Below are positions 28,107 through 38,268 of a stretch of DNA of 64,000 nt, one piece after another; the first letter of the stretch is position 1; each line of letters begins with the position of its first letter. Made by a program: the position numbers and the translations under genes. Where the stretch lies: positions 14,509-78,508 of the forward strand of contig CAZIAP010000004.1 of the NCBI GenBank assembly GCA_964537315.1, read 5' to 3'. Source of the DNA: an uncultured Gammaproteobacteria bacterium. Its GTDB lineage: Bacteria; Patescibacteriota; Microgenomatia; Levybacterales; GWA1-39-11. Below the pieces are notes generated by a model, which was given only the letters and a program-made list of their open reading frames with translations, was not told the origin of the DNA and searched no databases.

Positions 28107-28565
28107 ATGGGAGAAAAAGATAAAATCCTTATCCATGTTCCTTATGTCCCCAGCACATGGCACAAAGTTTCCGTCATATTAGAGCTTGCTAATCCTCAGT
28201 TAGGTGAAAAAATGGCTGATCTTGGATCAGGAGACGGAAGGATTGTAAAAGAGTTTGCAAAAAAGAAAATTGAATCCCACGGATATGAGATCCATAGTGG
28301 GCTTGCGTTACTGGCTGAGAGTAAAATACTAGATGAACAGTTAGATGAACATGCTTTTATACATATGTCAGACTTTTGGAATGAAGACTTGTCTGATTAC
28401 GATATTGTTGTCATATACGGAATGAGTAGCATAATGAAGCAGCTAGAAACGAAACTAAAAAAAGAACTAAAACCAGGATCACGGGTAATCTCAAGTATCT
28501 TCCATTTCGTTGACTGGGAACCAATAAAGCAAAAAGATAACGTATATCTTTACATAATTGAGTAA
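28107..28565 (+). CDS. small class I SAM-dependent methyltransferase-like protein
   Basis: Motif I DLGSGDGRIV followed by acidic motif II spacing; 152 aa. Confidence 0.5.
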   Translation: MGEKDKILIHVPYVPSTWHKVSVILELANPQLGEKMADLGSGDGRIVKEFAKKKIESHGYEIHSGLALLAESKILDEQLDEHAFIHMSDFWNEDLSDYDIVVIYGMSSIMKQLETKLKKELKPGSRVISSIFHFVDWEPIKQKDNVYLYIIE

Positions 28566-28570
28566 TATAA

Positions 28571-29083
28571 TTACTCTTCTACATTATCTAAAATCTTTGT
28601 AGTAAGTGTAGGAATCTGTACGTCAAGCCAACTCGCCATCTCTTCTTCCTGTACGAGTATTTCTTTGCAAACATCAGCGACCTCTTGCTCTCCAAGTGAC
28701 TGAGCTGCTGCAATCAGCGACTTATATGAGGCAATTTCAAAATGCTCCGTTGCATAATCCATAAGAGCAAACTTCAACATCTTATCATGTGGCGCAAGTC
28801 CTGTTGTCGCTCCCATTAAACTACCCATCAGACTCGCAATAGCACTTTTCACTCCAGAAACATCTTCTCCAAGATTTTCAATCAAATTCTTTAGTTTCTC
28901 AGCTTGTTGATCTGTAGTATTTTTATGCCCCTCTACTTTTGCACGTACTTCAGGAAGGTCTTGTAAATCGTCAAGCTGTCCGTTCAAGATTTTGGAAATC
29001 TCCTGCTCCATAGCATACGCATCGTTCAGCCACTTAATGAGCTGTTCTGATTTATCATCCATGAAAATTATCATATCGGGCAA
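28571..29083 (-). CDS. ferritin-like DUF892 (YciE/YciF) family protein
   Basis: DAYAMEQ...L and EH.EIA.Y..L four-helix ferritin-like pattern. Confidence 0.8.
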   Translation of the reverse strand: MPDMIIFMDDKSEQLIKWLNDAYAMEQEISKILNGQLDDLQDLPEVRAKVEGHKNTTDQQAEKLKNLIENLGEDVSGVKSAIASLMGSLMGATTGLAPHDKMLKFALMDYATEHFEIASYKSLIAAAQSLGEQEVADVCKEILVQEEEMASWLDVQIPTLTTKILDNVEE

Positions 29084-29136
29084 GAATGAGAATTAAAAAA
29101 GTGATCAGTAATTAAACAGTAAGGCTTTAAGTAAAA

Positions 29137-29529
29137 TTATTCCTCTCCAGGCTGGATAGCGGGGATTGACTCTGCGTAGCTAACAACCATATCACGAAGC
29201 TCATCTAAATTCATCTCGCCTTTTATAAAATATTCATTAGCTCCGGCATTTAAAAATTCCTGTTTTCTTTGATCTCCGAGATTGGTTAATACAATTACCG
29301 GGATTTTTTTAAGGCGAGAGTTGGATCTTACTTCTTTCAAGATTTGAATCGCATCAACGTCTCCTAAAATGTCAATATCCAAAAGGATTGTATCAAACTC
29401 ACCTGTACTTATTTGACTTGTTGCCGATATACCATCAGCACTTATCTGGACATTGAGCTTATCTTTGAATAGCTGCTCCATCTGAAAACTAAAGCTTGGA
29501 TCGTCATCTACCACTAATATTCTTTTCAT
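29137..29529 (-). CDS. response regulator, receiver domain only
   Basis: ILVVDDDP...ILLDIDI receiver signature, 130 aa. Confidence 0.85.
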   Translation of the reverse strand: MKRILVVDDDPSFSFQMEQLFKDKLNVQISADGISATSQISTGEFDTILLDIDILGDVDAIQILKEVRSNSRLKKIPVIVLTNLGDQRKQEFLNAGANEYFIKGEMNLDELRDMVVSYAESIPAIQPGEE

Positions 29530-29685
29530 GCAAAGATTATCGTAACCTTCTTTAGATGAAAATGCAAGTTGTCATCTATTTCTTACAGATATGTAACAAA
29601 GATGCACGCTTCGCTCGTTAAGATATAAAAGTAGTAAATCCACAATGGGTGTTATTAGTTTTAAATGAAATGAGGTGATTAAAGT

Positions 29686-29829
29686 ATGAACTTAAGTACA
29701 GTTGGATTAGACCCAATAGTTGCTATATTATTCGGAATATTAATTCTTATTTTTCCTAGATTTCTAAACTATTTTATCGCTGCGTATTTAATTATTACGG
29801 GAGTACTTGGATTGGGAATATTTGGATAG
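29686..29829 (+). CDS. DUF3096-family small membrane protein (48 aa)
   Basis: Manual translation MNLSTVGLDPIVAILFGILILIFPRFLNYFIAAYLIITGVLGLGIFG; GAGGTGA SD 8 nt upstream; not in ORF track (<60 aa). Confidence 0.55.
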   Translation: MNLSTVGLDPIVAILFGILILIFPRFLNYFIAAYLIITGVLGLGIFG

Positions 29830-29843
29830 ACAGATAATTCCTT

Positions 29844-30758
29844 TTATTGTGAGTCAATTACTGCTTTAAATGACTCAAAAGGTTGCGCTCCTACAATAGT
29901 GTTATCACCGATAATAAAGGTAGGAGTTCCCGTGATTCCTTTGCTTTTCCCTTCAGATTTGTCTTTCTCCACCTGAGCAGCAAACTGTTTTGTGTCTAAA
30001 CACTGAGAGAAATCATCACCATTTATAGAAAGTGCCGTAGCGTAATTTTTCATGATTTTATACACGTCTGACTCGCTTTTACCTGCCCACTCATTTTGTT
30101 TTATAAATAACTCATTATGGAACTGCCAAAACTTTCCTTGATTTGCTGCACACATTGCCGCATTATGCGCTGTTGGAGCTGCTTTATGGTTATTTAACGG
30201 GAAGTTTTTGAAAATCAGTTTTATTGTTCCTTTATCAAGGTACTCGGATTGAAGCTTAGGAAGAACCTCGTTAATAAACTTTGCGCAATATACACATTCA
30301 AATGAGTAATAAGCAACAACTGCTATCTCTGCATTAGGATCACCAAGCACAAAATTCTCTGCTGGAATTGATACATTTGGCACAGGTGTACTGCTTGGAG
30401 TCGCAGATGGAGATACCATTGATGTCGGTGACGGAGAAGCAGAAGGAGTGACAGTTACCCCATCGTTTCTTCCACCAATATTTTCACTCTGAACTTCTTC
30501 CTGCTCTTCGGGTTTAATGTTTTCGCTTTCTTCAGTTATTTCATCAATTACTTGATCCTCATCGCTTGAACCATTCAGCTGTATTCTGGCAATTCTTTGT
30601 TGCTCTTCGGCATCATTAACTATATTTTGACCAAAGAAATAAAATCCCGAGACCGCAAAAAGCCCCAGAAAAATAGCAATAATTGCAATCGACGTTCTAT
30701 AGTGGATACGAAGTAACAATTTTTTAAACAGTGATTTTTTTCTTTCCATAAGTGTCAA
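29844..30758 (-). CDS. DsbA-family thiol:disulfide oxidoreductase, membrane anchored with Pro/Ser/Thr linker
   Basis: CxxC site FECVYCAKF, thioredoxin fold, N-terminal TM, PSASPSPTS linker. Confidence 0.8.
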   Translation of the reverse strand: MTLMERKKSLFKKLLLRIHYRTSIAIIAIFLGLFAVSGFYFFGQNIVNDAEEQQRIARIQLNGSSDEDQVIDEITEESENIKPEEQEEVQSENIGGRNDGVTVTPSASPSPTSMVSPSATPSSTPVPNVSIPAENFVLGDPNAEIAVVAYYSFECVYCAKFINEVLPKLQSEYLDKGTIKLIFKNFPLNNHKAAPTAHNAAMCAANQGKFWQFHNELFIKQNEWAGKSESDVYKIMKNYATALSINGDDFSQCLDTKQFAAQVEKDKSEGKSKGITGTPTFIIGDNTIVGAQPFESFKAVIDSQ

Positions 30759-30917
30759 ATTATAGGATTATTAAGTAGACTTGTCAATGAGTATAATGAA
30801 CGCGCGTATTGATTGTATTTAACCTCATCTTACAGCTCATTTGTAAGTTTCGCAACAGAAAATACTTTACTAATCTCTAACATAAAACTTGCAAATAATC
30901 GCAATAATTATCACTGT

Positions 30918-31385
30918 ATGCGAATTTGCAGTCCTGATTTCGACAAAGGGGAACAGATCCCTCGTTCTTTTACATGTACAGGGGCAAACGTAAACCCTCA
31001 GCTGGAAATAAAAAATGCTCCAATGTCGACACGTTCATTTGTACTAGTAGTACTGGAGAAGTCAGAATCAGCAAGTATTGAGGTACGGTGGTTTGTGGTT
31101 AATATCCCGGCCAATGTTACAACTATTTACAGAAATTCAGTTCCCGACGGCGCAGTTGAAGCCATATCAGACAATAGCAAAACATATGAAGGTCCTTGTC
31201 CGATTTTTTTCAACGGACTTCACACTTTTATTTTCAGAGTTTATGCACTGGATAAAAACTTACAAATACCTGCCTCCGCATCCTATTGGGAAGTAAAGTC
31301 GCTAATTGAGAAACATACAATTGCGCAAGCTGAATTATGTGGCACATCCGAAGGAACCGCGTACAATACAAAACAGTCGATATAG
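30918..31385 (+). CDS. YbhB/YbcL (PEBP/RKIP) family protein; start moved to internal ATG
   Basis: PEBP core ...W.V.NIP...............EGPCP...H.F..YALD. Confidence 0.8.
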   Translation: MRICSPDFDKGEQIPRSFTCTGANVNPQLEIKNAPMSTRSFVLVVLEKSESASIEVRWFVVNIPANVTTIYRNSVPDGAVEAISDNSKTYEGPCPIFFNGLHTFIFRVYALDKNLQIPASASYWEVKSLIEKHTIAQAELCGTSEGTAYNTKQSI

Positions 31386-31400
31386 TCCCTCTTAATCTAG

Positions 31401-31514
31401 CTATGTTACAACAGGAAATTGCGTGATCACTGTACTGAGTAGGGCTACCAGCAATAAACCAAATAAGCCTGCAACAACTATCAATCCTTCCTTGATTTGA
31501 TCATCGTCACCCAT
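31401..31514 (-). CDS. possible 37-aa single-TM micro-protein within copper locus
   Basis: Manual translation MGDDDQIKEGLIVVAGLFGLLLVALLSTVITQFPVVT; speculative. Confidence 0.25.
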   Translation of the reverse strand: MGDDDQIKEGLIVVAGLFGLLLVALLSTVITQFPVVT

Positions 31515-31581
31515 ACAAAAGCTTATACTGAAGTAAAATAGGAAAAACTTAAACAGGAGGTAAGTATTGTTTAAGAGAGCT

Positions 31582-31797
31582 TTATTTTATTTGCTTGGAA
31601 GAATAACCCAGTTTTGCAACTATTTCCTGAAGTTGTGTAACATTTACTAAGTTTTCATCATACTCTACCTCAGTTGTTTGCTTTGCATAGCTAGTAGATG
31701 AACGTTTAACACCAATTATATCTTCAAACTCACCATCAATATTAAACGCGCAGCTTGTACAGTGCATACCTTCAATTTTCATTTTTATCTTTTTCAT
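31582..31797 (-). CDS. copZ: copper chaperone CopZ (HMA domain)
   Basis: GMHCTSCAFNI MxCxxC metal-binding motif. Confidence 0.85.
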   Translation of the reverse strand: MKKIKMKIEGMHCTSCAFNIDGEFEDIIGVKRSSTSYAKQTTEVEYDENLVNVTQLQEIVAKLGYSSKQIK

Positions 31798-31798
31798 A

Positions 31799-32923
31799 TT
31801 AAATTACTTGAATCACCCCCCTATACATTCCCATCGTGCACATAAATGGTATTTGTGTATTTTCGTTAGGTAGTGTAATTGTTATTGAGTCCTTATCTCC
31901 AACTCTAATGAATTTCTGATAATTATAGTAAGGAATAGCAAATGCAGCAGCGCATCCATATGCACCATCGTTGAATATATCTAAAGTAATTGTTGACCCT
32001 CTTTTGGCTGAGAATGAGTTAGGAGTATAACCTGTATCCTTTATGGAAATATTTATTCTGTCTCTAACCTGATTCTGACTCCCTTCTCCGGAAATATTGT
32101 TAAACGGATTAATATTTACTCCTGCCAAAGCAAAAGCATTATTTAAATTAAATATAGCTAGAAATGCGATCGCCACAGCAGCAAATTTAATAAATTTTGA
32201 ATGTAAAGATTGGCTGAGTTTTGTCGTAAAATACCCAAGAAGGAAAAAAACAGGTGAAGTACCGATTGTAAATGAAGCGAGAATTGCAGCTCCAATTAAG
32301 GGATTGCCTGAGGCGATAGCCAGAGCCATCATAGCTTGAGTTGTTCCACAAGGTATAAAAATCGTAAATCCACCCAGAATTATTGGCGCAAATAGATCAT
32401 CTTTCTTTGACTGCTTTCTGACGAAACGGGTTATAAATCGGGGTGGTTGAATAACAAAATATCTGAAAACAGGATGTAGATTTAACATGTTTGCTGCAGT
32501 TCCAAGCAAAAATACAGCAACTATTATTTGTAATATTGCCTGAACAGTAAGCGACATAGTTAGGAATGACCCCATCCAACCCAGAAGTAAACCTAAAAGT
32601 GAATAAGAGACAATTTTAGATCCAAGAAATGAAAGAATAGGTAATACATTATCCTTATTTTTTGATTTCGATTTTACTGCTGACTCAGCTCTTTGAACTA
32701 GTGTTGCAGCTAATAAGCCACCCTGAACGGCCATACAGGTAAGGCCACCTGTCAACAGTCCAGTCAGAAATATCGCAAAAAGACTCACAGATCCACCTGT
32801 TTCAACTGATGGTAAAGAGAAGTTGTATTCTAGCTGAAGGCTATACACAAATAAAACTACAATAAGCGCCAATAATCCTATGACTGCAATTTTCAAGGAA
32901 ACGGATGGACTATTTGATTTCAT
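31799..32923 (-). CDS. polytopic membrane protein (DsbD_2/TauE-like permease core) fused to C-terminal cupredoxin-like domain
   Basis: ~8 TM segments with GGLTCMAVQGG; C-terminal soluble domain ending FMCTMGMYRGVIQV resembling cupredoxin_1 C-terminus; sits between copA and copZ. Confidence 0.5.
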   Translation of the reverse strand: MKSNSPSVSLKIAVIGLLALIVVLFVYSLQLEYNFSLPSVETGGSVSLFAIFLTGLLTGGLTCMAVQGGLLAATLVQRAESAVKSKSKNKDNVLPILSFLGSKIVSYSLLGLLLGWMGSFLTMSLTVQAILQIIVAVFLLGTAANMLNLHPVFRYFVIQPPRFITRFVRKQSKKDDLFAPIILGGFTIFIPCGTTQAMMALAIASGNPLIGAAILASFTIGTSPVFFLLGYFTTKLSQSLHSKFIKFAAVAIAFLAIFNLNNAFALAGVNINPFNNISGEGSQNQVRDRINISIKDTGYTPNSFSAKRGSTITLDIFNDGAYGCAAAFAIPYYNYQKFIRVGDKDSITITLPNENTQIPFMCTMGMYRGVIQVI

Positions 32924-32924
32924 A

Positions 32925-35159
32925 TTAAATTTTTACTCGTTTCAGTAAAAGTGAATTTGTAACTACAGATACAGAACTGGATGCCATAGCGATGGATGCG
33001 AGAATTGGACTAAGTAATATTCCAAAAAACGGATATAACACACCCATCGCAACCGGAATTAATAGTACATTGTAGCCAAAAGCCCAAAACAAATTTAATT
33101 TTATAGTTCTCATCGTTTTTTGAGATAATTTTATTGCTTTTGCAACAGATCGTAAATCTTTGTTAAGCAGCGTAATATCAGCCGATTCAATTGCCACATC
33201 AGTGCCGCTCCCTATTGCAATACCTACATCCGCAGCTGCCAGTGCCGGAGCGTCATTTATACCGTCTCCCACCATAGCAACCTTTTTTCCAGATGCTTGT
33301 ATCTTCCTGACTTCATCTTCCTTCTGATCAGGCAAAACTTCCGCAAGCACTTTCTTAATTCCAAGTTTAGACGCAATAGCATTAGCTGCACGTGAATTGT
33401 CACCTGTTATCATAATTACGTCTATACCTCTTTTCATCAAAGCTGTAACTCCGGCTCTCGCTGATTCTTTAAGAGTGTCAGCAACTGCAATTAATCCTAC
33501 AAGTTTTTTATCCACTGCCAAAAGTATGACTGTCTTACCCTCTTTTTCTAGATTCTCAAGTTGTGTAACTGCATTATCGTAGGAAATTTTTTCTTTTTCC
33601 ATTAATCTCCTATTTCCCAATACTATCTCATACTTTTTGACTGTTCCTTTTACTCCGTGACCTGCAACAGACTGGAATTTATCTGCCCTATCAAGTTGTA
33701 TTTTTTTTGCTTGAGCTGCTTTTACGATTGCCTCAGCTAATGAGTGCTCTGATCCAACCTCAATTGATGCAGCTAATTTCAAAATATCTTCCTCACTTTT
33801 AATTTTTGATTTTTGACTTTTAATTTGTATAACATCTGTTACTTCAGGTTTTCCATGAGTAAGTGTGCCTGTTTTATCAAATATTACTGTGTTAATTTTA
33901 TTTGCAACTTCCAAACTTTGAGCATCTTTAATTAATATTCCATTTTCAGCACCTAATCCTGTTCCTACCATAATTGCTGTCGGTGTTGCCAAACCCATCG
34001 CGCATGGACAGGCAATTATGAGAACAGCAACCGTACTGAGCATCGCGTATATAAATGAAGGTTCTGGTCCGAATATATACCAAACTCCAAACGTAGCAAA
34101 TGCCAGCATAATTACGATGGGAACAAAATATGATGAGACTTTATCGGCAATTCGTTGAATCGGAGCCTTGGAACCTTGTGCCTCTTGTACGAGCTTAATA
34201 ATTTGTGCTAACACCGTATCATTGCCAACTGTAGTGGCTTTAAATAAAAAAGTTCCGGATTTATTGATAGTCGCTCCAACTACGGTATCTCCTTTTATTT
34301 TATCAACAGGTATACTTTCTCCGGTGATCATTGACTCGTCAATAGATGACTCCCCTTCTACAATTACGCCATCAACTGGTACTTTTTCTCCTGGTCTAAC
34401 TCTAATAAGATCACCTTTAACGACTTGTTCAATTGGCATATCGACTTCGTTACCATCACGGATGACTCTTGCAGTTTTTGCTTGCAAACCTACAAGCTTT
34501 GTTATTGCTTGACTCGTTCCCATTTTAGCCCTGGCTTCCATGTATCTCCCTAGTAAAATTAACCCTATGACTATTACTGACACATCAAAATATGGCATGA
34601 CCTCCATGCCTAGGTTACTTACAATACTAGGGAAAAAAATTACAAATACTGAGTACACGTAGGCAACGGTCGTACCTAACGCGACCAAAGTATCCATGTT
34701 CGCAGTACGATTCCTCAATGCAGGAATTGTTGCTTTATAAAACTCAAGTCCTGCCCAAAACTGAATTGGTGTTGCCAAAAGCATTTGTACAAAAAAGTTC
34801 CGTAATATTTGAGGTGCTGTATGCATTATTCCTAGAAAAGTACCCCATAAAATTAATACACCAACAATTAAACTGGCAATTACCTTAGTTCGAAGAGTTG
34901 ATAATTCTTTATTTTTTTCTTCTGAAAGTTTTTTCTCGTCTTTTTCTTCTTCAAGAGTATATCCTGTTTTTGATACTGACTCTGAAAGTTTTTCAGGACT
35001 ACTTACTTCCTTATCATATGTGACAGTAGCTTTAGAAGTTGCCAAATTTACCATAGCCTCTTTTACACCATTGGTTTTTTTTAACGATCGTTCTATTGTC
35101 ATTGCACATGAAGCACAACTCATTCCTTTCACTGAAAATGTTTGTTTTACAATATTCAT
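32925..35159 (-). CDS. copA: copper-translocating P1B-type ATPase
   Basis: N-terminal [18 protein letters not shown] transmembrane motif [20 protein letters not shown] phosphorylation site, GDGINDAP hinge. Confidence 0.95.
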   Translation of the reverse strand: MNIVKQTFSVKGMSCASCAMTIERSLKKTNGVKEAMVNLATSKATVTYDKEVSSPEKLSESVSKTGYTLEEEKDEKKLSEEKNKELSTLRTKVIASLIVGVLILWGTFLGIMHTAPQILRNFFVQMLLATPIQFWAGLEFYKATIPALRNRTANMDTLVALGTTVAYVYSVFVIFFPSIVSNLGMEVMPYFDVSVIVIGLILLGRYMEARAKMGTSQAITKLVGLQAKTARVIRDGNEVDMPIEQVVKGDLIRVRPGEKVPVDGVIVEGESSIDESMITGESIPVDKIKGDTVVGATINKSGTFLFKATTVGNDTVLAQIIKLVQEAQGSKAPIQRIADKVSSYFVPIVIMLAFATFGVWYIFGPEPSFIYAMLSTVAVLIIACPCAMGLATPTAIMVGTGLGAENGILIKDAQSLEVANKINTVIFDKTGTLTHGKPEVTDVIQIKSQKSKIKSEEDILKLAASIEVGSEHSLAEAIVKAAQAKKIQLDRADKFQSVAGHGVKGTVKKYEIVLGNRRLMEKEKISYDNAVTQLENLEKEGKTVILLAVDKKLVGLIAVADTLKESARAGVTALMKRGIDVIMITGDNSRAANAIASKLGIKKVLAEVLPDQKEDEVRKIQASGKKVAMVGDGINDAPALAAADVGIAIGSGTDVAIESADITLLNKDLRSVAKAIKLSQKTMRTIKLNLFWAFGYNVLLIPVAMGVLYPFFGILLSPILASIAMASSSVSVVTNSLLLKRVKI

Positions 35160-35168
35160 ATATCTTAT

Positions 35169-35528
35169 TTAGCTTGCAATAATTTTTCCATGAAACATAT
35201 TCATTCCACAAGCAAACTCATATTCACCTGGTTTTTCAGGTGATACGCTAACTGTAACTTTTTTATTAAGGGGTAAGTATCTTTTAACTCTGAAATCACT
35301 TATGACTACTTCTTCTAAGCAACTTGAAGAATCTTTTCGAAGAAAATTAATCTTTGTAGTTTTTCCTGTTGGAATTTTTATAACGCTGGGTTGATAACCT
35401 CCATGTACAAGAATATCTACTTCATCTTGAACTTCTACGATATTTTCATTTTTCATCAAAAAAAACCAGTATGTGAATATTATTCCGCTGACCGTAAAAA
35501 TTGATACTAATATCTGATCTAATGTCAT
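35169..35528 (-). CDS. membrane-anchored cupredoxin-like (cupredoxin_1) domain protein
   Basis: N-terminal TM, C-terminal EFACGMNMFHGKI resembling GxYEFxCS.PGH....G cupredoxin_1 signature. Confidence 0.65.
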   Translation of the reverse strand: MTLDQILVSIFTVSGIIFTYWFFLMKNENIVEVQDEVDILVHGGYQPSVIKIPTGKTTKINFLRKDSSSCLEEVVISDFRVKRYLPLNKKVTVSVSPEKPGEYEFACGMNMFHGKIIAS

Positions 35529-35797
35529 TAGTCTTTTCTCTTGAACACCTCCATCACTTCCGTAATTGCCTCATCTTTTTTACCTTTTGAAATTGCATCT
35601 GCCGCACAAGTCAATAGATGGTTTTCTAAAATGAGATTGTCCACCTCTTTTAGAGATCGCTGCACAGCTTGAGACTGGTGAAGAACATCGATACAGTATT
35701 CGTCTGCCTCTACCATTGAGATAACTTTATTTAAATGCCCTCGCGCAATCTTTAGTCTATGTAGCTGTCTTTCTTTTGTATTTTTTGGTTTAAACAT
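35528..35797 (-). CDS. csoR: CsoR/RcnR family metal-sensing repressor
   Basis: 89 aa; conserved C..H..C triad positions (YCIDVLHQ...LLTCAADA) typical of CsoR. Confidence 0.85.
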   Translation of the reverse strand: MFKPKNTKERQLHRLKIARGHLNKVISMVEADEYCIDVLHQSQAVQRSLKEVDNLILENHLLTCAADAISKGKKDEAITEVMEVFKRKD

Positions 35798-35805
35798 ACT
35801 ATTCT

Positions 35806-35828
35806 ATATCCCCCCTATGGGGATATAT
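35806..35828. promoter_or_regulatory. candidate CsoR operator: GC-tract palindrome ATATCCCC-CCTAT-GGGGATAT
   Basis: Perfect 8-bp inverted repeat with C/G tracts, 9 nt upstream of csoR start; resembles known CsoR operators (TACCC...GGGTA type). Confidence 0.55.
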
Positions 35829-35901
35829 TATCTTAGAAGATTGCTGTTTGTCAAGCGATTTGCAATATCCTGTAATGTGTGTATAATGAATAGGTTACGC
35901 A

Positions 35902-37041
35902 ATGATACATACCAAAGATAAAAAGAGATTAATCAATTTTGGTAAAAAATTTAATTCACTCTCGAATAAGTTATCAGTCGGAACTCATACACTTACGCCG
36001 ATAAATTTTTCGGAAGAACGAGAGAAGTTTTTCTCGTCCAATACATATAACCCTATTTATCAATACTCACCCAACAATACCTCAGGTTTACATAAAGAGA
36101 TCCAGGCTCTAATTGAAGAATTGGATACGATTACTCTCCCCAACTCGCTTCGGTATTACTTCAGATCTGCGCTGGAAGCACTTTCTACAGATATTGATTT
36201 AATCGATGCAATTGGTACAGATAGGTTCGCCGAAATTGCCGCTGACATCTATCAGTACAACCAGATAAAAAGTGAGTCACTACTTCGTGAAGCCGCTCAT
36301 ATTTCGTTTAATGAACCCGGAAACTGCGAACTACAATCGGCGGAAGAAATGGCTGATAGTTTTCAAAAGTACATCGATCAACTTGGCTTAGACTACACTG
36401 TTACCATCGATACATTCAATGATCATATAATTCGAGTAGGATCCCGTAGTTTAATAGTTGGCTCTAAAGTCAGACGTTTCTGTAAAAATATCAACCGTCT
36501 AATTGTTCATGAAATCGAAAGTCATATTTTGCAACGTCATAATCTAAAAATGTCTGACAATCCATTGCTTAGAGTTATTCCCCGTCCACAAGTTTCATTG
36601 TGGGGTGAAGGTTTAGCAGTATATAACGAAATACATTCTGGAACAATCACACGAGGCGCATTTGAAACATATTATTATCGCTTGAAAGCAGTTGAAAATA
36701 TTAATCGTAGCTTTAGACAAATTTATAATCTTTTGACAGATTATGTCAGTCCTGAGAAAGCGTTTATGATCACGTATCGAGTAAAACGTGGTATGAAGGA
36801 GACTTACAATCCAGGAGGTTTCGCAAAAGATGCCTCATATTTATTGGGATATAAAAAGGTAAGTGAGTACATTCAGGATGGTGGAAATATTAAGTTTCTA
36901 TACACTTCGAAATATCCGCATATAGGAAAATTATTGCTTGAACACGAAATGCTTGAACAAAAACCAGTACTACTCCCCGCATATATGCACACAGCTAAAG
37001 CAACTAATAATTACTTTCCTACTTCTGCTCCTCTTATATAA
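35902..37041 (+). CDS. DUF1704 / QEGLA-motif putative metallopeptidase
   Basis: HExxH (VHEIESH) plus WGEGLAVYNE (QEGLA-like) motifs spaced as in TIGR02421/DUF1704. Confidence 0.7.
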   Translation: MIHTKDKKRLINFGKKFNSLSNKLSVGTHTLTPINFSEEREKFFSSNTYNPIYQYSPNNTSGLHKEIQALIEELDTITLPNSLRYYFRSALEALSTDIDLIDAIGTDRFAEIAADIYQYNQIKSESLLREAAHISFNEPGNCELQSAEEMADSFQKYIDQLGLDYTVTIDTFNDHIIRVGSRSLIVGSKVRRFCKNINRLIVHEIESHILQRHNLKMSDNPLLRVIPRPQVSLWGEGLAVYNEIHSGTITRGAFETYYYRLKAVENINRSFRQIYNLLTDYVSPEKAFMITYRVKRGMKETYNPGGFAKDASYLLGYKKVSEYIQDGGNIKFLYTSKYPHIGKLLLEHEMLEQKPVLLPAYMHTAKATNNYFPTSAPLI

Positions 37042-37086
37042 ATCAAATATTTTTATTACATTTTTAGGATATGCTATGATGAGTAT

Positions 37087-38238
37087 ATGAAGAAGTTATT
37101 GGTTTTATTCTCCCTAATTATTTTTCTCCCTTTGGTTGTAATCGGCCCTATTTTTGCCCAGAATTTCTCTTCAGGCGAGTCGCCTGTACTTCCTCGGGGT
37201 GAGACGGTCACTGGCGACTACTTTGCAACCGGTGAAAAAGTTACAATTTCAGGCACTGTAAATGGAGATGCGTATGTAGCAGGTGGAAATGTTCTCGTTG
37301 ATGGAACAATTAATGGAGATTTACTCGTTGCAGGAGGAAATGTAACTATTCGTGGAACAGTGACCCAAGATGTACGTGCAGCAGGTGGAAATGTTGTTGT
37401 CTCATCTCAGATCGGACGAAACACTACGATCACGGGAGGAAGTGTAGATATCACAGACAGCGCTTCACTTTCCGGTTCACTGGTTGCAGGTACGGGTAAT
37501 CTGCAGATATTTGCTCCTGTAGCAGGAGGAATGACGATTGGCGGAGGAAATGTTGTAATAGGCAATACCGTTGACGGAAATATTGCTGCCGGAGTCGGAC
37601 AGTTGACACTAACCCCAGATGCTCAAGTACGAGGAGACGTACACTACTGGAGCGAAGCCGAAGCGGATATCGCGCCGGGTGCTTCTGTTTCAGGATCTAT
37701 TAGACAAGATATGCCGCCGAGAGGATCAACAGAAGCAGCTGAAGGAGTATTCAGTGCAATCGGTGCGGGACTAACTCTAGCAAGCTTTATTTCTGCCTTG
37801 ATTCTCGGTCTGTTGTTTATAAAATTTGTTCCCCGATTCATGGAAAGAATTTCAGAGACTGTACGGACAGCCCCTGTAAGGTCAGCAGTGATTGGATTTA
37901 TTGCACTGGTAGTAGTACCAATACTTGCGTTCTTCCTGTTCATTACACTCTTACTTATTCCCCTTTCAATAGTCGTGATGGTAATCTATTTCCTAGTCAT
38001 GTATCTCAGTAAGATTTTTGTTGCATACGCAATTGGAATTAAAGCTGCAGAATTACTGAAAGTGACATGGGCGCGTGGTGTTGTTTATGCTGCTGGATTG
38101 ATATTGTTTTACCTAATTTCTGCAATACCGATTATCGGTTGGATATTTGGATTTGTTGCTATGCTTATTGGATTTGGAGCAATACTCTCACTCAAAAGCA
38201 CATTCTACACTACTCTCAGAGACAAGAAACTTGTATAG
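37087..38238 (+). CDS. signal-peptide protein with beta-helix (bactofilin/polymer-forming-like GGNV repeats) and C-terminal 4-TM anchor
   Basis: Signal peptide; ~8 repeats of ..GGNV.V.G.V.GD. ; C-terminal hydrophobic segments. Confidence 0.55.
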   Translation: MKKLLVLFSLIIFLPLVVIGPIFAQNFSSGESPVLPRGETVTGDYFATGEKVTISGTVNGDAYVAGGNVLVDGTINGDLLVAGGNVTIRGTVTQDVRAAGGNVVVSSQIGRNTTITGGSVDITDSASLSGSLVAGTGNLQIFAPVAGGMTIGGGNVVIGNTVDGNIAAGVGQLTLTPDAQVRGDVHYWSEAEADIAPGASVSGSIRQDMPPRGSTEAAEGVFSAIGAGLTLASFISALILGLLFIKFVPRFMERISETVRTAPVRSAVIGFIALVVVPILAFFLFITLLLIPLSIVVMVIYFLVMYLSKIFVAYAIGIKAAELLKVTWARGVVYAAGLILFYLISAIPIIGWIFGFVAMLIGFGAILSLKSTFYTTLRDKKLV

Positions 38239-38268
38239 AAATCCAGAAGCTTAATGTAAAATTAAATC

